Source of the DNA: Raillietiella orientalis | Taxonomy: Eukaryota | Direction of reading: 5' to 3' | Length of the DNA: 64,000 nucleotides | Assembly: GCA_036172245.1 (NCBI GenBank) | Contig: JAYWIR010000019.1 | Span: forward strand, 2,480,001-2,544,000 | In this document: in pieces, positions 50,380-62,200 of the stretch | How positions within the stretch are numbered: position 1 is the stretch's first letter | Layout: each line of letters begins with the position of its first letter | The notes under the pieces: model-generated | The model's input: the letters and a program-made list of their open reading frames with translations, nothing else | The model's database searches: none | Told to the model about the DNA's origin: nothing | Program-made: the position numbers and the translations under genes

Positions 50380-51582
50380 ACTTGTTTGCCTGCCCGCTTG
50401 CATCTCGCGTTGCGTCATCCACGATCATTTGCTCTCTTTAAAACCCGAAGCACCTACGGCGGCAGCAGCACCGTCTGCATGCGCACAATTCTGCGTCTGC
50501 GCTGTCTCCCTCTTGGAAGCGCAGCCTTGGATCTGCCTCCCGCCCAACGAACCCGGATGTCTGGAGGAGGGAAGAGGTTGTGACCTCTGGGCTTCCACGT
50601 TTGCAATCAGCCCAGAAGCACTTCGTCCCCTGTGCTCCTCTCCATACCCTTCCTCTGGAAGATGTCCTGCAGGACTCGACGAAGTTCTCACCGCCCAACC
50701 GTCGCACCCCTTGCCGCAGAGCTGTCTGTCCTAAGGACAAGAAACGATAGTTGCCTACAAGACGGGAAGAGGGGGGATTTATCCTGAAACATTGCAGGAG
50801 TTACGAAACTCTTAAGTGGCCGGAAGGCATATGAACATCTCGAGAATGTCATTCCCTATTGTCGGTAGAGGGACTTCTCCGCTGGAGGGACCTCAGTGTG
50901 TTTCAAGGAACTCGCTGTCCCTCCTTTGCGCCTTAGCACTTCGGCGTTCCCCTTGAGGTAGAAACAGGACGTCTTGCTGCTTCTGCACTGAGGCACAGAC
51001 GCCCTGGTTCCCCAAGCTGCTCAAGCTGCGGGGCGATGGAATCGTTCCCTGCACCTCTTGATCAACTGCGATGCCCTCCAGGAACTTTGGCGTCGGCTGG
51101 CTCCAGCACGCCTCCGCACCGTTGTCACCATCGAGGACTCGCTGCTGCGATGCTTCTTCACCAGGGGCGGAAGATTCTTGATAGGCGCCGTGATTGCGAC
51201 GATGAGTCGCATCCGCGGCATGGTCACGGCGCGCCATGTGCTGGAGTCTCGGGCACGGCGAGGGGAGGTCCCCCGCATGGCAGCCACCCTACGCGCGAGG
51301 GAGGCCGCGAGGGAATGACCGGGAATCGACGGCACTCTACTCAGACAGGAAGAAACGACTAAAACAAAAGAACCCCCAGATAAGGACCCTCCTTGCTCTC
51401 CCTCTATTTCTTTATTTCCTGTTCCCTTCCCTCCCGCTCCGAACTGCCCCAGCGAACGACCTGAGTCTCGGTGAATCTTCCCCACGAGCTTCTTTGCTGT
51501 TGTTGTGGTTTCGGGAACTGCGCTCCCAACTCCTGTTTTTTTATGTTCATAGAAGAAACACCGCGGCGTGACCGGGTGAAAA
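50380..51582 (+). mobile_element. 5'-truncated L1/Tx1-like LINE 3' end
   Basis: Nucleotide matches to the 19.7-20.1 kb copy (ctggaagatgtcctgcaggactcgacg vs ctggaagatctccttcaggactggacg). KQDVLLLLH, zinc knuckle SPSCSSCGAMESF-HLLINC (~51010-51069), T-rich UTR and terminal accgcggcgtgaccgggtgaaaa at 51560-51582. Confidence 0.8.
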
Positions 51583-52551
51583 TCTGTGCTCGCGGAAGTG
51601 CTCAAAAGTCAAGGCGGCAAGGTAGCGCAGTCGCTGGATCCTTCCAGAACCGTCAACGGCGTCGGCATCCCTCAACGGAAATCCAGGACGATCGAAGCAT
51701 CTCCTTGTTGCTCCCTCTGTGGTTCGACGCTCTTCCCCGAGAGCAACCCCGAGTCCAAAACAGCGACATCCCCCTTCTTCGACGCGCTCAATCCCGGCAA
51801 GTAACACCAGCCCTGCAAAAAAAGAGTCCGCTGCGGATTCTCCGTTCGTCCCTCGTCGAATGCGGTAGAATCGTTCTATCCCGTAGAAGAAAGCGCACGC
51901 ACAACCATCCGGTTGTTGGTTGCATTCTACTTCCCTCGCTCCGTTAGGGAGCGCTGAGCACGACTCCCTCAAGCAGGAGAATTTTTCCTTTTCCCAATCC
52001 TCAGCATCCCGTCTCGTTACAGGAGCTTCCTCTACTCCGCGTCGAACAGGACTTATTGTTTCCTGTTGCGGCATCTGAGCGCCTTTCCCCCGTTCCCTCC
52101 GTACGTCCGGGTTCGCCGCCGCCATCCGCCTCCGAATTCAAGCGTCGTTACAGGCAGACTGAGAGCTGGGTCCCACCTGTTGGCTGCTGAGCGGTCTGGG
52201 AGAGCCCGTCGGACACGGTGACGGAGCGGCACCACTCCGTTTTCTTCCTGCGCCAGTCGCTCTGTCAGCGCTTGGCCCCGGATAGCTGTCGCGCCGCCCT
52301 TGCCGCAGCGCCGCCCGCCCTAGGGGCAAGAAATGACAGCACTCTCCTACCAGGGAAAGAGCTCTCCTGCACCGTTGCGGGAGTCGCGAAACTCCCGGAC
52401 GGTTGGAAGGTGAGCGAGCCGGGTGGACGCCTCCACTCCGCGTTACCGGGCAGCGGTGTGGAAAGGGTATCGCCTCCCTTCTCGAAGAACTCGTGATCCC
52501 TGGTTCTCTTGAAGGAACCCGTCCCGGGGCGACCTGGTGAAAAAAAAAAAA
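51583..52551 (+). mobile_element. LINE fragment of the same family lacking zinc knuckle and 3' UTR, ending in terminal motif + A12
   Basis: ELSCTVAGVAKLPDG (from 52359) matches ELSCSIAGVDRLFDG (from 19919). cgaagaactcgtgatccct matches cgaagaatacgtggtccct. Then cgtcccggggcgacctggtg + A12 (52520-52551). Confidence 0.75.
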
Positions 52552-52807
52552 GTTCCACGTCGATTTCCTCGTAGTTTCGTTTGTCCCGCCCCACACCGTC
52601 GTGGCTTCTCTGCAGATCATCGGGACGAATGGAATTTTTCGGATCGAAATTCTCGCCACGTGTCATTCCCCTCCCTTTCGTGGTTCCCGACTTCTCCCGT
52701 CTCTTCGGCCTCTCCGTGCGTTCGCTGCTTCGGTTCCACTCTCTGCCGCCGTGCTGGATAACACGCTGTGATGCAAACCGTGTATTTACAATTGATGATG
52801 AAAGAAC

Positions 52808-53404
52808 ATGGTTCAACTACATGGAATCAGCATATTTCATAAGGAAAATGGCGTCATCTGCCTGACGTCATTGCTCTGACTTGCAGTCTTTTGGTTCTTT
52901 TTCATAGTTAAAGAATTTATGGAGTTCGCATCAAACTAGTGGTGGAGAGATCCATTATGCCCTCTCAACAGTCTGTAAAGGAAGGAGAGTACATGTGCCA
53001 TGCATACATTAGAGATGACGGACTTGGAGGATGGTTATATCATATTTAGAGTACCCTACTCGAGTCGGGCATAGGCCTTTGAAAAGGATTTTAGATGAAC
53101 TTATTGCCAAAGTACCACAGAATGAATGGTTAACTGAGAAACCGGTTTCCTTCGATAAACTGGAAGTTATGCTAAACACATATCAAAATCCTCAAGAGGC
53201 GGATGCTATGGCAAAGATTCGAAGTGTTCTGGATGAAACAAAGATAATCCCACACAATGCTGTTGAAGCTGCTGAGCTTCCCCGAAGGGGAAGAGCTGAA
53301 ACAACTTAGACGATCTTGCAGCAAAATCAGAAATGCCAAGTCTCCTATCAAAGACATTCTATGAAACAGCTAAGGAAACCAATGGTTACTGTAGTTATGG
53401 TTGA
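52808..53404 (+). pseudogene. YKT6: Processed pseudogene of the R-SNARE synaptobrevin homolog Ykt6
   Basis: ATG 52808 MVQLHGISIFHK...DLQSFG..VKEFMEFAS/KLVVERS...SVKEGEYMCHAYIRDDGLGG/MVISYLEYPTRV...YQNPQEADAMAKIRSVLDETKII...LDDLAAKSE...SKTFYETAKETNGYCSYG*. The 597 bp equal the ~199-codon Ykt6 CDS with no introns. Several frameshifts and stops. Confidence 0.95.
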
Positions 53405-53544
53405 ATACCATTCCAGACTAACCTGCTATTCTCGCATTCATTTATCGATATTTCAGCATATACGGAAGGAATGGAATCATGAAACCATGATGCATAACAA
53501 CGTTCATCGTCGACTCTCTGGGAGCATGGGATCCCGGTAATGAA

Positions 53545-55172
53545 AAAGTGTTAGAAAATCTAGAAATGCCAAAGAAGAAGACGGTGGAACTGAGGCGCCG
53601 GATGGTGGCTTCGTGCATCCGGTTCTCAAGCGATATGTACGCAGCCCATGTCGCAAGGAAAACCGACAGCCAGCCGGAGAATCCAGACAATCTTCTCCCA
53701 CCATACGAAAGCCAGGGAGAGGAGGAGGAAGCGCCATGAAGATGGGGCGAAGAACGCACAGAGTAAACAGAGGAGTAGCTGCGGAAGAACCGCGGAATAG
53801 TGGGCCCCTGGCAACCCAGCCCCGCACAAACAGGTCCCAAACAGGTCCTTACTCAGATCTGTTGTGCGAAATCCTCGAACTGCGTCGGCGTCCGTGTGGT
53901 GGCTGCGGCCTCCTCCGCGCGTGGCACCGACCGTCGAAGGTGCGGATGCCGCACGGGGGAGGATCGACGCCGAGAATGGGGGATGCGTAGTGGGTTTCGA
54001 GTTCCCCCGCAGGACGGCGCTGGTTGGCCTATTTGGGATGGCCACGTTGACTGGCCTCCGGGGTCCTTTCAGGAATCAAGGAGTCCTTCGGGTTTCCCCT
54101 CAGGTTGTGGAATGGAGTCGTCCCTCCCCTTTCGGGGAGGGACCCTCCGTCTCGTACCATGGAGCTGCTGGACTGATGCCTCTCCAATGTGCAAAGAAGC
54201 GTTCTGTTCCCTTCGGGGAGCTACTGAGGCGGAACGGCTCTTCAGTACCTAGCGAACCAAGAAAAGGAAAATCCTCAAGCCGCGGGACCAAATTGCAGTG
54301 GAAGACGGTGAGAGGCGCGTGCGTGCGCTCCGGAGACTTGAGAAACACGGAAGCTGCATCGGCTCGCTCGCGGACCGAAGTCTCTACGGATGGGGTTCCG
54401 CGCCGAGGCGGCCCCTGTGGTACCCGGGACGATTCGATCGATCTACAAGTATCCTTCCGAGATGCAACGATCCCACTCTGTAAAAGATTTCGCTGTTGAC
54501 GTTGCAGATAGTATCCCGAAAGGTGCGGAGCCGGAAGACAAGGCAGGGCCGGAACAGCCGGCGTGCCGCCTCGAAGGTGGACTCGAAGTCCGCTGCATCC
54601 ACAGCCGCATCTACGTGCAGCGCGGGTCCAAGTGGGCACCCGTACCACCTCACGAGGAAGGAAGGTCCCGGGCGGCTGCGTAAGGTGTGCTGCCACTTTG
54701 CACGCCGCGTGCGTGCGTCCTGGCTGGTTCTTCAGCCGGTAGAAAATCACCCGCTCGTTCTGCGATTTCTCTGTTCGTCCGGAAGGAGAAGAAGAAGAAG
54801 AAGAAAAAAACGAACGCGGGGAGAAATCGCTGTTGGTTCCTGGGAATCAACAGAACGGGCGAAACGGACAAAGACATCGAGGACGGGAATTTTCCTGGAG
54901 CAAACTTGTTTCTCCGGACGGAACAGTAGAAACGTGGCATGGTGTAGGAAGACCGGAAAAGAAGGGAGGGGCGAAAATGCGTTTTGCCGAGCGTACCGGG
55001 AGGTAATTGAAAATTTCGCTGCGCCACGGAAGCTCTGTGCGACGGCGGAGTGACCAGTGGTTGCCGGGACACCTCATTGCCGTTATGAATCACACCATCA
55101 CCTTGACAGCTTTCCCAGATCGGCATCATTCTGCGATTGGAAATAGAAGGAAATAGATGACGTGCCCGGTGT
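53545..55172 (+). mobile_element. Degenerate LINE RT + downstream, second subfamily (copy 2 of 3)
   Basis: EAPDG, LCEILELR..GLLRAWHRPSKVRMP, GMRSG, CWTDAS, AAG-KLQWK, RSLYG...PLWY (54376-54423), EGGLEV (54573-54590). Weak terminal-motif variant aaatagatgacgtgcccggtg at 55151-55171. Confidence 0.65.
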
Positions 55173-56199
55173 TCGCTATTTGTAAGATGTTCGAGATGAA
55201 TAGGTAACGAGTGGTTTCGGAATTTCGGTGCACGGCATCGTGTATTCTACTGGTTTCGAGCAGAGCATATAGATGCATGGAATTTGTATGTGCACGTGTG
55301 CGCGTGGGAATTCCATAAAGCAATATTTGATATTTATTTCAGGTGTAATTTAATTCCGTGCAATAATAACTGTAATTCCTTCACCATGAATTTCATTTTT
55401 CTTGCTCGGGGACTGTCAAGAACCAAAAATCTTTGGAGGTGGAAGCGACTGGACACTCCTCCTGGAATGTATGTACAGGAAGGAAAAGCCAAACCATGCC
55501 TATCTTAGCCCAAGAAACATACAGCAGGGTCACCCAGTCTTGTACATTGTGTTTGTAATATCTTGATGAGATAAATTTGTTCTTTTCGGCTTGATATCAG
55601 CTTTGAGAGTGTTTCCAAGCGTTTCAATGTCCAAGAACTTCTGTGTCACCGTTTGTCCATTGCAAGAAATAAAATACGACATGACGACGTAGAAAAAGTC
55701 GCGGACAAGTACGAAAATCCGTAGTGCCAGACTACTTTTATTTACTTGCTTTTACTTATTTGCAGTCATTTTTTATTTTACATTTTTTGCAGGGTCTTCA
55801 TTTATTTGCTCATTTTTCAATTTTTTGTGTGAGTTTCCGTAACTTATTCGTGCGTTAAATTTATTTGAATTCTTTCGATCACTTGTATCTTGTTTGGTTT
55901 GCCTGTCTTCCCCAAATCCTGATAAATTTAATTTTTCCTTCGTAGATTTCATGTTGCCGTGACATGTATTTCTTCTGTTTCTAATCTGACTGCTTGCTTG
56001 TCTTTTCACATTTTTGCTTTTATTTGTAGGTGTTTTAATGTGTGTTTTTTTTTTAATGTTTGCTTTGGTCTTTTTCGTGTTGCTGTTGCTTTGATTTGTT
56101 CGAGTCAAGTTGGGTATGAAAGTACGGCTGGGGTCACGACGGTGACTGTGGATAGGAAAGTTGAGAAAAAACTGTTTGTCCTTTTTTTTTATTCTCAGC

Positions 56200-57700
56200 T
56201 GTGGAATTCCCTGCTTAGCAACCGATTTCTGGGAGAGCGTCGGAAAGTACTGAACGGCCTTCGGCGGAACAAAAGATGCAAGCGCTTGAGGCGATTCCTG
56301 CCAAACACTGATCACACGACTGCAAAAACTCAGGAAAAGGGGGAAAAAGGAAAAAGAAATGAATGAGTAGTGAGATAGCTGCAGCTGAAGATTTTCGATA
56401 AAACAGGTCAACATCTACACGTCTAGCCGTGCGTTGCAGATGGAGAAGTCGGGATAAATCCGAAAGGTTCTTTCGATGAGCCAACATGAGAAGCGCCGAT
56501 ATTCGTAGGCTTACGAAGGATGGAAGGGCAGGGCCCACGGATTCGAGGTAGCATCTTTTGTGTACCAAGAAAGAGCCATGATCACTTCTTTGTTCCTCAG
56601 AGAGATAGACTGCGTGTGCAAAGAGGCAGGGAGGTGAAAACAGGCTAACAATTACGGCGATGAAAGAGTGACTTCACAGGAACTTTTGGTAAACTGATCT
56701 CGCACAAGGTGCAGGATGCATGGTGACGCTGCAGGTGTCCAAAGAACGGTCCTCACAGCAGCCCCTGCATGACCTTGTAGCAGAATGAGACACTTGTCTC
56801 AGGAGTGTCGCATCGACTTCCGCCTACTAAAATGAGGTCCCTACTTCTTAACCGGTCTCCTTTCCTTTTTGAAACCGTACGCAGGTCCCAGCATCTTCTG
56901 GAAAGCGCTGAAGAGGAAAAATTCCTCACTGGGCACCTTGGAGGAAAGGAAAGCCTGCACGCCGTTCTCTGAGGGGGTGAAGATTTGAGGAACCGAGTAC
57001 TCCCGCACTTCTTGAACAGAGCTTGTGCCGAGCATCAGCGGCATGATTCCTCCAAAGGCAGGATTGCCGCCATTCCTTACAACCTCTCATTAATCTCCTT
57101 CCAATGTCGCTTCAAGCTTACGAGCTCTCCTTCCGTTTTCATGGGGAGCCTTGTTGATTTATCCTGTGTTTGCGTCAGTAGCTGCATTTGCTGGTTCTGC
57201 CACTCTTCACACTGTCACGGATGGTCCCTGTCTTCCTGGCCGGAATTCGGCTCGGATGCATTCCGACAAGTGAGACCATTGCGTTCGTAAACCTCAGCGG
57301 ACCAGCGACGAGTTCCCGAATGCTTGGCGAATTCAAATGGAACCACGGCGCGCACTTGGTCAGGAAAGCACTTTTCCACAAGAGCAGGCGATTGAGACCG
57401 CCCCCATCGAGCCATGAACGACTTGTGCTCGGAGCAGTGTTGCCAGTCTGGCCCAAAAAAGCAGTGCTTTGCCATCAAAAATCACTGCGTCATGCGCACC
57501 GCACCAGTAATTTAGGCTCCTGGACAATCTAGCGGATATCAAGAAGCAGCTTCTTTTGCTTGCAGGGAAGAAAAGAATGGGTAGGGAAATGGCTGCAACT
57601 GAATCGCTTGAAGATCTGGCCCATTCTGATTCCTGAAAGTGGTTTACATCTCTGATTTCGAGGTACGAAGGATCGATGTGAAATCATTCTTATAAAGTAT
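56200..57700 (+). mobile_element. Degenerate LINE RT region
   Basis: EAIPAKH (~DGIPAEF), CVPRKSHD, DFTGTFGKL (56670-56696, ~DFxKAFDKL) and GPYFLTGLLS in RT order. Confidence 0.5.
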
Positions 57701-58789
57701 TTTGAAGCTTCCCACTTCTCCTAAATCTTGGGTCATCTTTCTCTGTGCAAAAAGAAATTCCAATATCCTTAAATCTATTCTCAATGATTTGTGGATTCGG
57801 AATAGATCCGTTAAATTTATTTAGAGGATGTATAATTGACTGGGGGATTGGTTAGGAAACAATTATTGATTGGGAAACGTACAAGAAGGACTCTCAATAT
57901 AAATGCTGTAAAAAAAATTCAGGAAAACACTTTTAAGCAATTGCTGAAGGTCACTTATTCGATGCATTTGCACAGCTTCCATGTATTTACAAGTGTTTTT
58001 GTATTTTTTGTTCATAATACATTCGTAATAACGTCTACTGTGGCACTATGCGGGCGATACACATTCGCAACCTCGAATTAAAATTACCTACGATATTAAA
58101 AATAAACAACGTGCTCCGTTACTCGACTGAGACGAAGTAATCAGACTGATACGTGTCAATTTGTTTAATTTATTCTATCCACTGGAATGCAATCCAGTTG
58201 AAGCGAATGGATATTCCACGGCAATCGGACGTTACCCACAATTCCCTGCCGCTTGCTTCCCGTGATGTCTCAATTCCGGTGATGCTCCGTGTTCACCTGG
58301 TGCACGCTCAGCTGCCTCGTCTGCATTCCACTTCAGTGGACATTGTTCTTGGAATTCAAGCCATCCAATTAATTCATCATTTTTGAAAGACTGCTTTATC
58401 CTGCGCTTTCTTTATTTCGTTCACGTCCTCTTCCACAGGACGGTATTCTCGATTTCATTGCATGCCCCGAAAGATTACAGATTGATGGTAACACCTATTC
58501 GGTTTCCGTTCACGGTGAGTTCTTTCCTCGTAAATTCTGAAGATGGTCATTATGGTCTGACTTTGTAAGTGGAGCTTTGGATTCTGTGAAGTTGATTGCT
58601 TAGTTGGCATTGCCGAGGATGACTGCTCGGAATACCAAATTGAAAAAAAATATACGGTCCGCGTCGTTCGTGCTCGAAAAAAGATTTATTAAACCAGTTA
58701 CTTTCAGGCCGTTGATTAAAAATTGCATCTCGTGTTTGATTAACCAGACGAATTTTCCTCCTCCGTTGTCATTGGATACAGCGAGCTCG

Positions 58790-59160
58790 AGCTGGCCGCC
58801 GTGAGGCTGCGGCGGCGCTCTGCACGACACCTAGCGTCCCGGGTTTGAGTACCCACGAAGGGGGATCGACGCCGTGTCGGATCGGCCGTGGGTCCGCAGT
58901 CCCGACGCGAAGGCCCCGCGGGTGGGGCCTTCGCGTCGGTGTGCACCGCGACCGGGCGCCCCGGGGAAGAGCCGGGAGCGCACCCTCCGGGGTCCTCGTC
59001 CAGCACTCCCGATGCCATCACGCGCACCTGGAGACTGCGTGGGGCGTTTGCCGAGCTGCTCCGACGAGGTCCCTGCGAGGGGAAGCAACGGTTCCTAAGC
59101 ACCCGGGGAACGAAAAGGAAAGGTGCTTTCCGGACCTCCTCCTGCACGGAAAGGACCGCT
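58790..59160 (+). mobile_element. LINE RT fragment, second subfamily (copy 3 of 3)
   Basis: Shares ggatcgacgccg, ggcct...ccgggg and aacggttcctaagcacc..gaaaaggaaa with the 53.9-54.3 kb copy. SRV*VP, GGSTPCRIGRG, GAFAEL. Confidence 0.55.
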
Positions 59161-60469
59161 GCAGCCCCACCCTCGTATACGCACCACCGTCCTGGGCATC
59201 TTTGTCTCGGGCGCTCAGCTCTTCCCCTGCGTGATGACTCACTCCTGTCAGTGGATGACCGTAATTTCCTCTATTATGACAGCGGTCGAAGAGTCGGTCT
59301 CTGGCGCCGCCATCTTAACAACACACGAGCGCTATTGGGCGCACACGTTCACGTTGCATTCGGAATTGGTGTTCAGATAACATCGCTCTTGTGTATCACG
59401 TAGCCCAGTAAATTACTCTCATCAGCAACGGTTCATGATTCTGGGTACAAGCATTTACAAGGGAAGCAAAAATTTCGTCGCTTGAATGCTTGGATCGACA
59501 AACCGGTGCGCGTTCGCAATTACCTGAACAAAGACGTAATTTCTCCTTTGTTCCGTGAGCGGAACTTTCATTCTTCCTGAGTACGCTTCCTGTCGCTGCA
59601 GAGAGTAATAATCAAAGGAAAAGAAGGAGAGAGAGGGGGGGGGGGGGAAGAAGAAAAAAAAAAAAGAAGGAAGGAAATTAAAGAAAGGGAAAAAGAAACC
59701 TCCGCAAATCGCAGCTCGGAACGAAGCGGAGGAAACATTAATTGCAGGCGTGCTCCCGCCAGTTGTCGGAGGTGGATCGGCCGCTCCACTCCCTCTCACC
59801 TTTGCTCGACCGAGTCCCCTGATTAATTCCGTTCTAATAAACAGTTGCCCGCGCTCTGCCCCCGCTTCCCTCCTGCCTCCCGACGAGGACCTCTCTGCGC
59901 CGATCGCTGATCTCTTCTTCGTCCGAGGCGAACACGCTTGGGCTTCCCACGCCCGCGTGGCTCGACTTCCAGCTCGCAGACATCCCACGTGCTCCCTCCC
60001 GCGTTCCCTTCTGGGGAACATGACCTTGTTTGAAGTTCCTTTTTTTTTTTTTTTTTTTTGTTTTTAGTGACCTCAGCATGGGTAATAATTCTTTCCCTCC
60101 AATTTCCCTCCGAAAACAAAAAACTCTCTGCAGACCCCCTACGAGCTCGCATTCATTCAGCACGTCACGTCGGCAACGCGACTGCAGCTGCTGTTCCGAA
60201 ATACTTTCGTCCAAGTGTCACTTTAAGTGTGACTGCTCTCTCTCAATAAAACTTGACCTTTTGTCTTCCTCGGAGCGAGAACCCTTTCCTCCGTTATCTT
60301 ATTTCCCCCAGGAAAAAAATCCTCAGTTTCGCTCATCGTACTTGAGGACTCGCCCGCGCTCGAGGTGATGTCCGCCTGCTAAGGGGTCGCTCTTTCGGAG
60401 CGACACTTTAGTTGACGTCCCAATTAGGAATCAGGAACTTCCCAATTAGGAAGTTCCCGTTTGGAAGCC

Positions 60470-60840
60470 GAGGGTCATGTTGGCTTCTCAAAAAACGCTC
60501 TTCGTGCAGAAGGTGCGGAATTTCTGGAGCAGAAGAAGCAAACGTTGTGGCAAAGACGACGATTTCTTAGCGGACTGCAGCCGAAATCGACCTCTGCTGG
60601 ACCTTCGAGGGGACTCCCGTCTTGAACCGGCCTGGCCGCGACCCGCGTCCATCACCCTTCCTCGTCCACGAACTCTTCCGAAATCACTCTTCCCAGGCGG
60701 ACACTTCTTTCGCCTCTGCCGACGCTCTGGAAAGAAAGAGAGACGCCTACGCATCGCAGAGTCCCTGCAAGAAGTCGCCGACGCTGCTAAGTCTGCCGCA
60801 TGGATGAAATTCTTGCGGAAATGCAACAGAAGAAGCTGAG
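60470..60840 (+). mobile_element. LINE zinc-knuckle/C-terminal fragment
   Basis: RCGKDDDFLADCSRNRPL (60543-60596) resembles the CxxCG..HLLxDCxxLRPLW knuckle of the other copies. Confidence 0.4.
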
Positions 60841-61079
60841 CTCTTCCTCTTTATTTCGTCCGGATTCCCATTACTACTTTAATTTGTTTTGGATTCGCCG
60901 TCTCCCTAGGGAGGGGAAAAGTTCCCGAATGCTCTTGTGCTGCTTTGGGAAATTGTTGATTTTCATCTTCAGATTCTATCGATGGAAGTGCTTCCATTTT
61001 TTTTTCTTCTTCTTCTTCTTCTTCTCTCGGGCAGATGGGGGGGGGGGGGGGGGAGGGCACAATTGCTCTACAAATTTCT

Positions 61080-62200
61080 TAGACGCGCTGCGTGTTCTCA
61101 GTTAGACCCACAGCATCCGCGAGCCTCGAGCACGCAGGGGAGCACACCGATGCGGTTCTTTCCGGCCCGCTCAACACGTGCGAAGGACGAACCAAGTTCC
61201 AAAATCCTTAAGTAGTGTACTTGTTCCCGGAATCCTTCTCCAGACCTAATGTTCCTCCGCTGACATGTCGCTTGATTGTGGAACACTCACTGCTATCAAT
61301 CACACAAACATTATTAGAATTCGCTCCTACTGCTCGAATTTTCGCCATCAATCGCCTTCAGTTGTTTCTGCTCCTCTCTTTCCTTGAGCTCCCTGTTTCC
61401 CTTGCCTTTGCGGTCCCCGGGAGATGATTTCCTGCCACCACGTAAAATGCGTGTCCAGGAATGGCATCCGTGACAACTATTCCCTGCTTCCTTCTGTGCA
61501 GTGAGAAAGAGAAACTGACGAATGGAAGCTATAAATAGAAACGCCCTGCAAACTCACCGACTAGCTGGTTTGGATGCAGTTTCAGGAGCCGGGACTCTTC
61601 AGAAAGCATCCGGTCAGTTTGCTGACCTCCTACTGAAATCTAACTTCAGTTAGGGGCTCCCGATGTTGTACACAGCAGCCCGTCTTTCTGAATCCGTGAT
61701 ATGCCGTTAGCTTTCGAGAGACATTTCAGCACCACTAGTGCGATCACAGGGAGCAGCGGATGAATGGACCTCCACTGAATGAGCGACGGAGGTTAGAAGA
61801 GTGGAAGAAGCGTTCCGCTTTGGAAACATTTGAGCCCATTCCAAGGAGACGCCGAGGAGACATTTGTCCTCCATACTGCATGTTTAACATACAGTGTTGT
61901 CTGCCCCTTTGTACAGCTTGAGGAAGTCTACTGCATTTGCTTTGATCCAGACCTCACAGCATCCTAAAGATTTATTCAAAAGGAGGGTCATGGCTCAAAA
62001 ACGTGCGATCAAATCTGAAAGATTACGGGCAAGTGCCTTTCTCAGGGGGTCGGAACCCTCACTAATATGTGTTTTTGTCGTGCAGCAGACCCCCGAACGA
62101 GTCAGATTATATCGTATAACGCGACGACAGAATGCCGGAAGACCTCGTATAACGCTGTGAGAGAACCTCAGCTTTGTGGTACAGTGCCAGTTCACCCCTT
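61080..62200 (+). mobile_element. Degenerate LINE RT and downstream region
   Basis: FFPARS, GIRDNYSLLP (from 61463), QKASGQFADLLLKS, WKKRSAL and LSAPLY in canonical order. Confidence 0.5.

Noticed and set aside
55773..56414. 213-aa Lys/Asn-rich ORF on the - strand
   Set aside because: Mirror of a T-rich + strand tract resembling the LINE 3' UTRs, and its 5' part overlaps a + strand RT remnant. No domain recognised.
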